From Sphyrna mokarran (Eukaryota): 64,000 bases of DNA. Below, piece after piece: positions 1 to 13,857 of the stretch. The translations under genes and the position numbers were made by a program. The stretch spans positions 104,036,001-104,100,000 of the forward strand of contig JAGIQG010000001.1 in NCBI GenBank assembly GCA_024679065.1, given 5' to 3'. The notes under the pieces were generated by a model. The model was not told the origin of the DNA, ran no database searches, and saw nothing but the letters and a program-made list of their open reading frames with translations. Every line of letters starts with the position of its first letter. Within the stretch, counting starts at the first letter, position 1.

Positions 1-355
1 GGTAGAGGCCTATAGCAATGATGCAGAACCATTCCTTCTGACTCCAGTTAAAATGAAAAGAAAATCTTTATTTTGACAGTAATGAGCACCCATTGAACAG
101 CAGTTGGTGAGGTTGCTTTACGTATCTGCAAAGTAGAGTGAAACATGTCGACTGCATTAATGACAACATTTTGAGAGATGGCCTACAACAAGAATTAGTT
201 CCTTCATTATCATATGTCAGGAGACTAATAACTAATTTGAGCAATCTCCAGAGTTGCCTGAATATTGTCAGAGCCAATATTGGATTGGACCTAAGGCATA
301 CTTTGGCAAGCAACGTTTTCATACAAAATTGATTGTTTTTGCCAATACTTGATGT

Positions 356-975
356 CATAGAAACTAGAAGCAGGAATCGGCCATTGAGTCCTTTGAGTCT
401 GCTCCGCCATTCATTTTGATCAGGGCTGACCATCAAAACCAACTTCCTGATTACAACACTATTCTCCCATATTTCTTGGTCCCTTTCTGCCCAAGAGCTA
501 TATCTAATGCCTTCTTGAAATCATAATGTTTTGGCCTCGACTACATTTTGTGGTAGTGAATTCCATAGATTCATCATTCTCTGGGTGAAGAAGTTTCTCT
601 TCACCTCAGCTGTAAAAGGTTTACCCTTTACCCTGTATCCCCTAGTTCTGGACTCCCCCACCATCGGGAACATTCTTTCTAAATCTATCCTGTTAGTTTT
701 TTAAAGTTTCTATGGGATTCCTCCCTCACTTTTCTAAACTCCAATGAATACAATCCTAATTGACCTGGTCTCTTCTTAGATGACTGATGTGCCATCCCAG
801 GAATCAGCTTGGTAAATCTTTGTGGTACTCTCTCTGTAGCAAGGACATCCTTCCTCAACTAAAGACACCAAAATTGCACACAATACACCAGGTGTGGCCT
901 TACCAATGTCCTATACAATTGCAGTAAAACATCCCTACTCCTATACTCAAATCCTCTTTGAAGACCAACATATCA
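356..975 (-). mobile_element. CR1 LINE 3' fragment (ORF2 C-terminus and tail), decayed
   Basis: Reverse strand reads LQLYRTLVRPHLVYCVQFW, a CR1 ORF2 C-terminal motif. CR1-type tail (catagaaactagaagcaggaatcggcc) at the left end. Confidence 0.85.
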
Positions 976-1149
976 TTTGCAGAAACATACAAGACTGTGT
1001 CCAATTTCTCACCTTACTCATTTCATGTTATCTAATGAGCAAATCTGAATTACTGGCAATTTTTCCTACAGAGTGAAAGTGTTAAGTAAATCCAAGGTCT
1101 GTGCTTAGTTCATCTCAACCAGAGCAGCTTTGCTTACTTAACAATCTTT

Positions 1150-2068
1150 TTATTTCATTTATTCTTGTCACATATATTAACATACAGTGAAAAGTATTGT
1201 TTCTTGCAAGCTATACAGACAAAACATAGCATTCATAGAGAAGGAAGTGAGAGAGTGCAGAAAGTAGTGTTACAGTCATAGCTAGAGTCTCAAGAAAGAT
1301 CAATTTAATGCAAGTTAAGTCCATTGAAACGTGTGACAGCAGCAAAGAAGAAACCGTTTTTGAGTCAGTTGATATGTGATCTCAGACTTTTGTATCCTTC
1401 TTCCTCGAAGGTAGAAGAGAGAATATCCAAGATGTGTGGGGTCCTTAATTGTGCTGGCTGCTTTGCTGAGGCAGTAGGAAGTGTAGACAGAGTCAACGGA
1501 CGAGAGGTTGGTTTGCATGATGGATTGAACTACATTCATGATTTTTTGTAATTTCTTGCAGTTTTGGGCAAAGCAGAAGCCATCCCAAGCTGTGACACAA
1601 CCAGAAAGAATGCGTACTATGGTGCATCTGTGAAAGTTGGTTAAGTTGTAGCTGACATGCCAAATTTCCTTAGTCCTCTGAGAAAGTAGAGGCATTGCTG
1701 GGCTTTCTTAATTATGATGATAGCATGGGAGAACCAGGATAGGTTATTGATGATCTGAACATTTAAGCTCTCGATCCTTTCTACTTTGTCCTTGTTGATG
1801 TTCTCCTTTACACTTGCTGAAGTCGATGACAATCTCCTTCATTTTGCTGACATTGAGGGAGAGATTATTGTTGCTGCACCAGTTCACCAGATTCTCTATT
1901 TCATTCCTGTACTTTGTCTCATCATTGTTTGAGGTCCGACTCACTATGGTGGCGTTGTTCTCAAACTTGAAAATTGAACTGGAAGAGAATTTGGCCAAAA
2001 CAGTCATGGGTGTATAAGGAGAATAGTAGGGGGCTGAGAACACTACCTTGTGGGGCACCGGTGTTGAG
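1150..2068 (-). mobile_element. Rex1/Babar-type LINE, 5'-truncated (RT C-half and 3' tail)
   Basis: Minus strand has an NTGAPQGSVLSPLLFSLYT-type RT motif, NLVNWCSNNNLSLNVSKMKEIVIDF and KKAQQCLYFLR. The tail is homologous to 48850-49019. Confidence 0.85.
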
Positions 2069-2873
2069 GAAGTTAGTTGGCAGATTTGGTTAGTGTTCTC
2101 AGGATTGATATCTAGCAACTTCTGCTAGAAGCATGTGTATGAATGAGTAGATATAACTTAGAGGAGGACCGTGACTGAGTGTGAACCAATGCCTTCGGAA
2201 GAGGACTTAAAAAACTAATGTTAAAAACAGAGATCAAAGAAGGAATTGGATATACATACCTAATGAGATAAATGGCAGCAGCAGTTCAGTGCCATGGTTG
2301 CTTATTCAAAAATCATTGTTCAGCCTGAGGCATGAGACAAATAGTTGGAAATGAATTGAAACAGGTTTTATTTTTACAAACTGAAGCTATCACTTCAACA
2401 AGTGAGGATTTATAATACCAAATTATACAGATCCTACTGCATTATCGTTGCTATTTACTGTTGCTAGTACATTGCTATTTAACCTTTCAAATCAAAGGTT
2501 TTTCTTCTGAGCCAATGTGAATTATACAAACTGTTGCTTCTGTCCAGCATCTTTGTCATGTGAATCTGTTGGGGTGAGCATAATTCATTATAGTACTCTG
2601 CTGTAGATAATCCCAGACCATCTTTCCAAACTGTTACTTACTGCTGCAATTATTTTTCCCACAAATACTCAAATGATCAGTTTTGAATGCAGCACATTTT
2701 CTCAAACATTACTTTCTTGTCCGTCCAGATTTTTTTATCAAGATGCTGAGCTATAAAAAAAATTAAATTGGGAATATGTACGTTATGGCCAATGTTGTAT
2801 ATTCATGTTATTTCTAGTGTTCCCTCACTAGCAGCTTTGCAGTGGAACAGGGTCACTTTAAGAGATGGTCACT

Positions 2874-2885
2874 GATGACGTCATC
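2874..2885. promoter_or_regulatory. Perfect palindromic CRE/ATF site GATGACGTCATC in unique sequence
   Basis: 12-bp palindrome with its CpG retained in a CpG-depleted background; GGTCA half-sites just upstream. Function is inferred only. Confidence 0.35.
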
Positions 2886-3239
2886 GGCCAAATGTGCGGT
2901 TAAATGGGCAATCAATCTTCGCAGCATTAACATCCTTCCAATTAAGCTCTTTGTTTGAATGTTTAAGCTTTGTTTCATATTTTTTAAAACCATCACAGCT
3001 CAGATAATGTTGAGACTATTAACTCAAGTGTTATACATAGTAAGTTGGCCTTCCTGAATGTGATTTTCTGGCTGTGCTTACCTCAAGACTAGAAAATCCT
3101 GCCTGAGATCAACAGACCTTTGTATAGTCCCACCTATTACAATTCCCATGGTGGACAGGAGGGGAAAATTCTACCATCTGAGACTGCACATATGGAAACC
3201 AAGAAGTTGCTATCTGAATTATCTGACATTTTTATTTCT

Positions 3240-3737
3240 TAGTATCTGAGCATCACTGACAAAGTCAGCAGCAATTGACAATTTGTAATTGCCCTTAAGT
3301 TTTTGAACCACTGCAATCCATGTGGTTAGGTACATCTATAGTGCAATTAGGAAGAAACTTTAGGAATACTGATCCAGCAATATGATGGATTGATGATATT
3401 GTTCCAAGTTAATGTAGGAAGTGGCTTGGAGAGAAATTTTCAGGTAGGCTTTTTCTTATATTCTGTTGCCTTTATTCTTCTCCAACGCTATGTCGCAGAT
3501 TTGGAAGGTGCTGTTGAAGAGTGAATTGCTGTAATGTAACTCCTATATGGTACACACTGTTGCCGCCAAGCATGTGGAGGGAGTGAATCCAATCAAGCAA
3601 TTATTTTGTCCTTGATAATGTCAATCTTCAGTGTTGTTTGAGCTGCACTCATCCAGGCAAGTGCAGAGTACTTCATCACACTGACTTGTAACTTTTAGGT
3701 AATAGACAGGCTTTTGGTGTTCAGAGATGAGTTACAT
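3240..3737 (-). mobile_element. L2/CR1-group LINE (second family) 3' fragment
   Basis: Reverse-complement similarity to the 3' part of 49095-50110. Confidence 0.65.
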
Positions 3738-4090
3738 TTCCCTTAAACTTTCACCCTCTCACCTTGAACCTCTGTTCCCTTGTAATTGACACTTCCACTT
3801 TAGGAAATAGTCTGTGATTATCCACTCTGATAATGCCTCTTATTATTCTGTAGACCTCTAACAAATCCTCCCTCTGCCTCACTCTTTCCAGTGAAAACAA
3901 TCCTAGTTTATCCAACCTCTCTCGTAATCAATACCCCTGAGACCAGGCAACATCTGGTGAACCTTCTTTGCACTCTTTCCAAAGCTTCTATATTGTTCTG
4001 GTAGTGTGATGACCAGACCTGCACACAATGTTCCAAACGCAGTCTAACCAAAGTTTGCAATATGATTTCCCAACTCTTATACTCATAAGG
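3738..4090 (-). mobile_element. CR1 LINE ORF2 3' fragment
   Basis: Minus strand encodes LVRLRLEHCVQVWS-like and G-L-F-S-L-E-like CR1 motifs. Confidence 0.75.
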
Positions 4091-4189
4091 AGGAATTCCT
4101 TAAACACAAGGATTGTGTGGCGCTAATGTTCTCCACAAATTGTTACACCAATTACTTGCGTGTTGGACTCATTACTGAAATACATCCGA

Positions 4190-4950
4190 AGATGTGAAGT
4201 TGCTATACTTATCATTTTTGCAGTGATAATCCAATGACCTAATTTCGATCTAGTATTGCACAATAAGATTATTAATGATTTGGTAGTAAATAAACATCAA
4301 GGAGATAGTGATCTTATTATGGTAGATCTTGAGGTTGTAAGTGATCTAGTTAAATCCAAGAGTAAGACCTTAACTATACTAAACCAACTGTGCAGTATGA
4401 GAGATGAGATGGATAAGGGCTTAGGGAATAAGATAAAAGAATATATATAGACAAGCAATGAAAAACATGTCAAATGAATTCACAATTTGCAACATATATA
4501 CATTCACTTAAAGAATAAGAACCCTAGAGGAAAAATGGTCTACTGTGTTTAACACCCCAAGGTGATTTAAAGATACCACTAGATTACATAGAAAAGAAGA
4601 ATGCATCCAAAAATTTAGTCAGCCTGAGAATTGGGAAATTTTAGAATTTAGCAAAGGATGACCAAGAAATTAATAAGAGAGAAGAATAATTAAATGTGAG
4701 CTACAAGCAGGATACATAACAACAGATTGCCTATAAAACCTTTCACAATTAGAAAGGAAAAGATTAGCAAAAGTAAATAGACATTCCTTTGAGATGCAGA
4801 CAGGGAAAATTATATTCAAGTAAGTAAATGTCAGGGACATATTTAGTATCAATCTTAATGGTAGAATTCACAATAAATATACTGGAAATAATGGGGATCC
4901 AAGGATTGACTGTAAATGAGAACTATTACTATTAGTAAGAAAAATCTGGA
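4190..4950 (+). mobile_element. Highly decayed CR1 ORF2 fragment (endonuclease end and linker)
   Basis: INDLVVNKHQGDSD resembles the CR1 endonuclease C-terminal LG-SDH region; the downstream linker is CR1-like. Confidence 0.55.
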
Positions 4951-7774
4951 TTTAGTACAGCATGCTTGAGTGGAAAAGATGGGAAGTGGGGGATGCCACA
5001 CAACAGACAATGGGAAAACTCCATGGTACTAAATCAGGAGAATTGTCCATTAATGACGGAAACCTAATTGAAAAAAATAATGGTGTACCTGAGAACAATT
5101 TATCTCTAATTTGTAGCAATTTAACGCTGCATCTTGAATTAAATGAAATCTACACAGGTTTCCTGTGCCTTTAGTAACCTGATGAGTGAAAGATGGTAGG
5201 TTATTATGTTCATTGCTGAGTCATTTTGATTTCCAGAAGACTGAACTGAGGTTAGTGGACTGACCTTGGAGACTTCTGTGGAAAAATTGCAGACCTGAGA
5301 GATGAGAGGTGGAATCTCAGTCAGGAAATTCACAGCAAAGAAGTAATGGCTCAAAAATTTATAGAGATGGAATACAAATGAAGTGTGGACCAGCCAATCT
5401 TTAAAGTGGTCTCACTGGGATGAGTACCTGAAGGGGAAATAAATCACAGTCTGTAAGGTAAAAATAAGATATTGACATCATGGGATTTACCCACCCAAGC
5501 CTTTTGCATCCATATCCGCTGGAGAGGATGCATGTGGTCTAAAGGTATGCACTAAAACCAAGCATCCTTCGAGCCGCCTCCTGCAATCCTTCACCATATT
5601 GGTTATCAACTTCTATCTGAGACATGACAGAGGCCATGATCTGGATAGACTCCTTCATCATTTGTACTTGTTGTGCAAAGCCTCAGGGAGCTCCAAATTT
5701 ATTTGGCTGAAAACTACACCCTCAGGGACATTGGGATTGTCATCTTCAGTGGAGGTCTTATCAGGTTCAATGGTGAAGTATGAGTAACTACAGTGAACCT
5801 TGCAAGTGATCTACAAACACCATTAGCTGAGTAAAGAATATATAGCTTACTCCCAATTTTGGGTGCCATGCTCTGCCATGTAATCTAACTTGCTGAAGAA
5901 GTGCAAATCCCCCTCATTCTCCATGCCTACTCCTCCAACATAAACATCTGAAATAGAGCCAGTTTCCTGCTCCTCTGCCAGGTGACACAGTGTTCTGGAT
6001 TGTAAGTGTTAATGTGGGACATGCACAAATAATGTAGAGTCAGAAAAGACTGATAAGAGTATAATAGTGAAGCTGATATAAGTTAACAAGAAGATAACAG
6101 CTAGTCAGAACTGTATCCTGTATATCGCTACTTGTTATAAATGAACAATAATTGTTCAAATATATGACTCTAGATCTCTTCCTGAAACAGCATATAACCT
6201 CACAATATGAAGTGTTCCAAAATGCCTCACAATTAAAAAGTAAAGTAACTGCGGTCTGATCTGAGAGATATTTGGTAAATGTGATGACCTCAAATGCGCA
6301 AGTGGGGATCACTTAAGAAGCCACATTTATGGATGGAGGCTGAAGGCCAAAAGAAAGACCCAATGTTGCAGCATAAGAGAATTTCATCAAAACACATGGA
6401 GGTCTGTTTTGAGATCCGATCAAAAGCAGTGTCAAAGGACTACCCAATTCACAAAAGGTGAGCAAACTCTCCAAAGAAAGCCGAATTAAGAATTTCAATA
6501 CTTCCCCAGCTCCCCAAGGTAAAGGGACATTTACACTATTAAAAGTCTCTTGAAGAAAGACGGCTTTCCAATGGCATGTTTGACACATAGATCCACCCTA
6601 TTTCAATGTGAATAATACCCATCAGAGCTGCAGATGGGCAGAAAACTCCACACTCAACTTCCCATGCTATTGAAGGAATTAATCTCAGGGTTGACAGTTA
6701 TGGACTTTCAGAAGGTTCAAGATCAAGAATAGTAATAGGCAACAACAAATCTCCCTCTGCTCACAATTGGATCTACTGGTACAAGTAACCTACCCAAGCT
6801 AAATAGGTGACAAGGTTTTAATCAGGGACCTTTGAAGCGAAAACATTGTTGTCCCGAGCAAAGAAGATGAATGACAGTCTTACTTAGTGGATAACCAGAA
6901 GACACAACCAGATAGAACAGGAGAAGACTTCTTCCATTCTTTGTAGCAAACTTCTTATCATGCATTTGTGTGAAATCCAAAGAACTGCACCCGCAAATAT
7001 TCTAATTTCCAGTCCAACCCAAAGAGATTGAGATTAGCATTCCTCCAAAAGCTATCTGGATCTGTAAAGTGGGGAAGAAGGTACTCTGGAAATATATTTA
7101 GGTAGAGAAATGGGGGTGGAGGCAGATGTAATGTTGGGGTATTCAGGACTGTAAAGGTTAATGTTGGGCTGGAGAAACAGGACTGCCCACATTATGATAT
7201 AGAATGGTAGAAGTTGGCAAGCAGACTGAATCCAATGTGGGGGTATTGTGTACATAAATGTATAGCTGTTGTTATTAATTAAGTTATTGTTCAGCCATAC
7301 AAGCCTCAGCTAAACTGCTTCATGAGATGACATGCAACTTTAATACAGCCTTCAAAATGAATTCAGTTACAAAGATGGGGTTTGCTGGCTTTTAAATATG
7401 GCCCTATTTTTGCCTGGTAATCAGATGATATGGGCGTCCTAATGAGAGATGTCTTCCACTACATGAACCAGCCCCCTCAACCTTGTCAACCTCATTGATT
7501 GGTCAAAAACCATATATTTGGGTTCAGGCAGTCATCATGAATCTATTCCTATTCTTAAAAACTTCCAGTCCTCCAGAGCAAACATTAAATCTTGCCCAGA
7601 GTAATATTAGAGAAATTAAAAACTTTAAAATCAACAAAACTCCAGGACTGAAAGCTTGGTTTTAAATGGTGGCTAAGACCTTGTTGAATTGATTTTGATC
7701 TTCCAGAATTCCCTCGGACTGGAATTTGTGACATTCTGGGGATAGTTTGGTAGATTGTTGTTTGTAGATTGGAG

Positions 7775-7960
7775 TTTGTTGTCCATCTCTAATTGATATT
7801 GAACCAATTGGCTTGCTAGACCATTTCAGAGAACAATTAAGTTAACCACATAGGTGAGTCTGGAGTCACGTGCAGGCCAGACTTGATAAGGAGATAGATT
7901 TCCTTCTCACAAGGACATTAGTGAATCAGATGAATAATTATAACAATTGAATTGTTTAAA
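7775..7960 (-). mobile_element. Deu-domain SINE fragment (SacSINE1-like)
   Basis: gagtcacgtgcaggccagac...agatttccttc...ggacattagtgaa core is shared with 9775-10095, 10705-10975 and 51130-51515. Confidence 0.6.
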
Positions 7961-8091
7961 TTGGGAAAGATGTCTGTCTCAAGCAAATTCATGGTCTGAC
8001 AGCCAATACATGGCTTTGGGACAATCCAGTCGAGTTGAAAGGATTTGACCTTGACTTGGGAAAGGCAGGCAGAGGGTGGGCTGGTGATGGG

Positions 8092-8126
8092 GCAGGACGC
8101 AGGACGCAGGACGCAGGACGCAGGAC
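8092..8126 (+). repeat. Perfect heptamer tandem repeat (GCAGGAC)5
   Basis: Five exact copies read directly. Confidence 0.95.
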
Positions 8127-8938
8127 ACCCCATCCTTTTGCAAAATCCAGACCCTAGAATCTAAAATTGTCCATGTGGATTGAAAGGCAGCTATTGAAAA
8201 TCCATTATTTAAGGAAAGAGGAAGATAGAAAACAGAAGCATATGCAAATGAGTATGACAGCATTAGTTGGAAAAATACTGGAATCATTAATAGAGATATG
8301 GTATGAAGCTCTTATAAAATCACAGTATGAGACTTCACTAATACAAATTTATAAAAGGGCAATTGTGTTTAACAAAACTATAAGCTTTTTTGAGACAAGA
8401 GATGTGATTTGTATTTATTTTGAAAGATTATTGTGCACAATTGGATTCATAGGATTGGGCTAATACATTACATGGATTTAGGACTAGTTACTGGACACAG
8501 TAGGAATTAAACAGATAATGTTCAATTGAGTAGGCTGTAACTAGTGGCTACTATATGAGTCAGTACTTGTGCCGGTTTCATATATGTATTTTTTTTCTTC
8601 TGTCTTAGATTGGGGAATTAAATGTGACATATCCAAGTTTACCAAAGAAGAAAACTAAGTGTGAAAGTAATTTGTGAAGAGGATGCAAAGGGACAACAAA
8701 TATTGGCAGGTTAAGTGAGTGGACAGCAATGTGGCAGAATAAGAAGAAAGGTAAGGTTATCTATCTAATTTGGTAGGAAAAATTGAAATATGAATATTTT
8801 TAAAACAGATAAAGGTTCAGATTTACAAGGACTTGGGTGCCCTGGTATATCTATCATGCAAAGTTAGCATTCAGGAAGCAAGTAATTAGAAAAGCAAATG
8901 GCATGTTAGCTTTTATTACACATGGGTTGGATACACAT

Positions 8939-9266
8939 GGGACAACACAGTGGTTAGCATTGCTGTCTCATAGTGCCAGGGACTCAGGTTCAATTCCCAT
9001 CATGGGCGACTGTCTGTGTGAATTTTGCACATTCTCCCTGTATCTGTGTCTGCATTGGTTTTCTCCAAATGCTTTAGTTTTCTTCCACAGTCCAAAGATG
9101 TATGGGTTTGGTGGATTGGCTATGCTACATTGCCTCTTAGTGTCAGGGGGACTAGCTAGGGTAAATGCATGGGGTTAGGGGGATAGGGCCTGGGTGGAAT
9201 TGTGGTTGCTGCAGACTCGATGGGCCAAATATACTCCTCCCATACTACAGAACTCACTGAATCTAT
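8939..9266 (+). mobile_element. HE1/V-SINE with CR1-type tail, inserted in CR1
   Basis: tRNA-like head (cagtggttagca...ggttcaattcc) and V-domain (tgtgtgaattttgcacattctccc). Confidence 0.9.
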
Positions 9267-9774
9267 AAGAATAAATGCATCTTTCTGCAATTAGATAGGA
9301 TGAGACCATAATTGGAATATTGTGTACAGTTTGTTTCCTTTCATAAAGGATATATTTGCATGAGGAAGTGTGGGAAAGTTCCAGTAGCCTGATTCTTGGG
9401 ATAAGGGATTTGAATACAGTAGTCCAATATCATAAAGTTCATAAGAAAGATGATCTCATGAAAACCTCATTGTTGAGTGACATGATTGGATACAATCTGG
9501 CAGGATGTTTCCATTGGTTAGAGAGTCTAAAATATTAGATTACAATTTCAAAATAAGAGGCCAGTCATTTAGGAATAAGATGAGGAGGAATTTATTCACT
9601 CAAACCCAGAGTATGTTCTATTCTACTATCCTTGATGCTTCCTCCAAGTGGTGTTCAACATGGAGAAGGATTAATTCGTTAATATGAAATTTTCTTGATG
9701 GTGTTAGACCCCAGGAGAGTTCATGGGGTCTAGAGACACACATTGATGATGCCTGAGGTCAGCCCCTCCCATCT

Positions 9775-10095
9775 TTTATTTTATTTGTTCCTGAGACATG
9801 GACACTGCTGGCTAGGCTAGCATTTATTACCCAACCCTCAGGACATTTAAGAGTCACATGTAGGCCAGACCAGATAAGGAAGGCAGATTTCCTTTCCAAA
9901 AAGACAGTAGTGAACAGAACAGTTTTCCCAACAATTGACAATTATTCCATGGTCATCCTTAGACTTTTAATTCCAGATTTTATTGAATTTAAATCTCAGC
10001 ATCTGCCATGAAAGGATTTGAAATCCTATCCCAAGAGCATTACTCTGAGTCTCAAGATCACCAGTCCAGTAAAAACCACTATGCCTCTGCCTCCC
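9775..10095 (-). mobile_element. Deu-domain SINE (SacSINE1-like), near complete
   Basis: Tail, central gagtcacatgtaggccagacc core and tRNA-like head on the minus strand. Confidence 0.7.
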
Positions 10096-10422
10096 CATCT
10101 ATGCCAATGTTTCATTACCTCTAGTGGGTCTATATTGCTTGGGGGACAGGCCATATCCAGGAATGGTGCTGAATAAGTCTGGAACACTGGCTATAAGTTA
10201 TCAGTAGGTGAATGTGGAATATGTCCAGCTGGTGTTAGATTAAGCTGTGGAACAGTCTCCCAATTTTGACAATTTTCCAGATTTGAGGAAATCTTTGCAA
10301 GGTCAATTGGACAGGGTACATCTTTGTCATTTCCTAGATGAGTGCTGAATGCATTTCTGCCCGGTTTTATTCTTATCTGATATACTTAAATGTCTTTTTG
10401 AGTCATTCCAGCAGGTAATTAA

Positions 10423-10701
10423 TCATAGAATCTACAATGTAGAAGGAGACCGTTGTCCTACTAAGCCTGTACTGACAACAATCCCACCCACGTCCTATCC
10501 AAACCCTGTAACCCCACATATTTACCCTCTATTTCCCCTCTGATATTATGGGGCAATTTATCATGGCCAATCAACCTTGACCACACATCTTTGGGAGGAA
10601 ACCCATGCAGACTATGCAAATTCTACCTGAGGTCGGAACTGAACCCAGATCCCTGTCACTCTGAGGCAGCAGTTCAAACCACTGTTTAACTCAACCACCC
10701 C
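10423..10701 (-). mobile_element. HE1/V-SINE
   Basis: catagaatctacaatgtagaagg tail through ctgaggcagcagt head. Confidence 0.85.
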
Positions 10702-10704
10702 TGG

Positions 10705-10975
10705 AAATAGTCATGTTAGTGTGGGTCTAGAGTTACTGGTAGGCCAGACCAAGTAAGGCAAGTAGATTTCATTCCCAAAACGATTGAAAAAGGTGAAAAA
10801 TTATTGAATGAAATGGGTTTTTATGACTATCCAACACTTTCATTGTTCCTGTTACTGAGACTAACTTTTTATTCTAGATTTTATTAAAGTTAATTGAATT
10901 AAAATTCCACCAGCTGCCATGATGAGATTTGAACTCATTTCGCAGAAACATTCATTGAGGCTACTGGATGAAGTA
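10705..10975 (-). mobile_element. Deu-domain SINE fragment
   Basis: Homologous to 9775-10095. Confidence 0.6.
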
Positions 10976-12964
10976 AGCTTAGGACCAGGCTACCATTCTC
11001 CTGATGACCAATGGCAATGTATACTCACCTGGCTCACTCAGCCGAGGATGTCCTTGCAGAAAGTTGCCGATGTAAGCAATAACCTGAGCCTTTTGAGCAC
11101 TGGTGCTCAGTAATGTCCAAAAAGTTAACATTTAGCTTGTTAATCCTCTGACCCTGTGTTGTGCGTGTTACCTTAGTTGCAGTTCTTTATTCACTCCCTT
11201 TGTCCTATGGAGCAGCAGATGGTTGAGGAGAAAGCAGCTACATCCCCAGATAATGTTGTTCTTCTTGGTCACCATTAAAGATGCAAGGCAAAGGTTCATT
11301 AGATGCTCCCATGGTGCTGAGAAGGCTGACAGTCGCATCTCAGTATTTAAAGTCTTACCAGCCTGACCCAGTCCCAACAATTCCCATTGTACTGCCACTC
11401 CTCCAATATGACAATTTCTAGCAAACCTATGAGTCAAATTCATGGATTTAAATCCCATTTCATCACTTTCTAATATATTCAAATATCAGACCACATCTTT
11501 CACAGGACTTTCCTACAAGATTTAAAAAAATGTGTTTAGTTAAACTTGGATGTCAGTGACTTCCTTCTCCCTTCAGAACACTGGCAGCTTTTCACCTTAA
11601 CCTTCCGGGGTGATCATGGATATTATAATTCCCTCTTGTCCCCTATTATGTCCAGGGAGCCCTGGACATAAATCCTTTCCATTCAAGCAGTTGTACAATG
11701 TGACTAACACAAAGCATATGTTCACATGAATACTGGGCAAGTTCAGCAATTAGCAAGTCTTTGGTTTAGTGAAAGCATTCCTGCCTCCAGTCAGAAATGG
11801 AGGGGTTTGAATTCTGAGTCCCATGAAAGGAAACCTCCATCATGGAATTCTGCATCGATTCCAGTGGGATATTTGTATCTGGTGTCTATCCACAGCTCCT
11901 TTCTCCTCTTCATGTGGGTTGTTGGAAATGACACATCCTTGCCATAATGATTCCTTTTGACTGCAGAGATTGTTGATCAGTTTGTGAATCCTTCTGCTAC
12001 TTTTCATGATTCTTCAAGAAAAATGTGAAGAAAGAATTGTGCCTAACAGAACCTACCTCTCTGGAAGCCTAGCAGGCTATAACTTTCCATGACAGGATCC
12101 TCTTGGATGAACTCACTACAAATATGACATTGGCATTTGATTAATATCAGCATTAGGTTTTCGCTTATCTTTCAAATTCTAATTTGGCATTACCTTTACC
12201 AGGAAAATCTTCCAGCTCTGATGAGCAAATTAAATTTTGTGAAAGAATTTTGCAAAATAATGTAAGAATATTTTAGCAGCAAGCTGAGCAGATTTTCAAA
12301 TTATATCGAATTTAATTTGGATTAGTTTTACCAGACTATGGGAGTGAAAATTGGCAATGATATATGCACATAACGTTGCAGAAAATGCTTTATGGATGTG
12401 AAAAAGATAAATGTAATCATTTGACAAATTGTGTTAACCAATGTGACTGGAACTGAGCAGTAATCTATCATGTTATGAAAAACAGGTTTGTGTTCAGCTG
12501 TAATGGAAACCCAGTGTTAGCAAGAATTTAAATTCCTAATTTGGGAAGAGTGTAGTACATGAACGAATAATGATACTTTAATTAATATAATTGATTATGT
12601 GCATTAACTGCATTACTGAAATAATGATTGCTGGGTCTTGCAATATTTAGACATTTAACAACTGACAACACCCTAGAACATTAAATAATCACTTGAGGCT
12701 GACACTCCATTGTTCTGAAAGTTGTTCCCTTAAGACACTTAAACCTCAGACAGTAGGTGTAATTACAATGGGAATATCAATAACCTACAAATGAAAATTT
12801 TTAAGGCCTGCTGTTTCAACTTACACAGTGCTTCAATGTCGAACTTTTTGTTTTGCATCATGTTCTTGTTCTTAAACTGCCACCATCCATCAAAACAATG
12901 GCTTGGTATTTCGGAGCATACACAATCAATGCTCAAAGGCTATCATTTCCTACATGTTAAATGG

Positions 12965-13220
12965 TCTTCTCTGTTTAGGAGCAAAACCAGGAAGCATTTC
13001 TTTCACAAAGTTAGCAGAAATCTGGAACTCATTCTCCCAAAAGAATGTGAATACTGGGTCAGCTGGAACTTTCAAGTTTGAGAGTGACAGATGCTTGTTG
13101 GAAAAGTGTATCGAGGGATGTAAAACAAAAGTGAGCAAATGAAAGATGAGGTACCAATTTAATAGAATGGCGGAAAGGACTTGAGAGTCTGAGTGGTCTG
13201 CTCCTGTTCTGATGTTCTTC
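12965..13220 (+). mobile_element. CR1 3' end
   Basis: RKHFFH motif and tail gagtggtctgctcctgttctgatgttctt. Confidence 0.7.
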
Positions 13221-13649
13221 AGGGAACAATGGAACTCTAAACACATCTTTCTCATATCATTGATTTATGTAGATATGATTAATAATTTAATGCCAGAGGA
13301 GTGAATAATTAAGCTATAATTTGAAGTTCAGTTGATAAAATAAACTACTGTAGTAAAGCTTGAGTGGTTTGTGAATGTCATCTAAATGGCAGAACTAAAC
13401 TACATCCCTTATTCTCTCTCTTTCTCATTTCTATACTTATCTATTGTTAAAGTAAGAGTATAGTCAAATCCTGGTCAATGATTGACAGGAAGGATTATAG
13501 AGCAGAACTGCATATGAGATGCTGGGTGCATAGAGACAAAACTAAAAAAGATATTCCAATCCACAGAGTATTAATAATTTTTACTTGAATTATTTGAATT
13601 TTGCATGTCAGTAGTCACTCTGCCATTGTCATTGCAGCATTAAGTTAAA

Positions 13650-13792
13650 GTAGATTTATTTATCAGTCACATGTCGACTTGCATTAACATTGCAATGAAG
13701 TAACTGTGAAAATCCCCTAGTTGCCATACTTTGGCGCCTTTTCAGATACATTGAGGGAGAACTTAGCTTGGCCAATGCATCTAAGCAGCATG
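13650..13792 (-). mobile_element. V-SINE variant with alternative tail, 3' fragment
   Basis: ttatttatcagtcacatg...cattaacattgcaatgaagtaactgtgaaaatcccctag; same tail as 20745, 24400 and 62783. Confidence 0.75.
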
Positions 13793-13857
13793 TCCTACAT
13801 TACTAAAATTAAATTTCTCTCAGTGCAAGAACAATTTTCACACAACTCTAATATTAA

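Larger units (their letters stand above)
7590..9610 (+). mobile_element. Fragmented CR1 RT region interrupted by a Deu-SINE, a short tandem repeat and an HE1 SINE
   Basis: LKINKTPG, VGKILESLI, ISKFT (FADD site) and IRKANGMLAFI motifs appear in order with frameshifts. Confidence 0.75.

Noticed and set aside
8939-9010. tRNA genes at SINE heads
   Set aside because: A/B-box-like sequence continues into the V-domain and LINE-type tail, with no complete cloverleaf; these are SINEs.
11168-11482. Possible Harbinger transposase relic (GFKSMNL, IWGCSCF)
   Set aside because: Similarity is too faint to call without a profile search.
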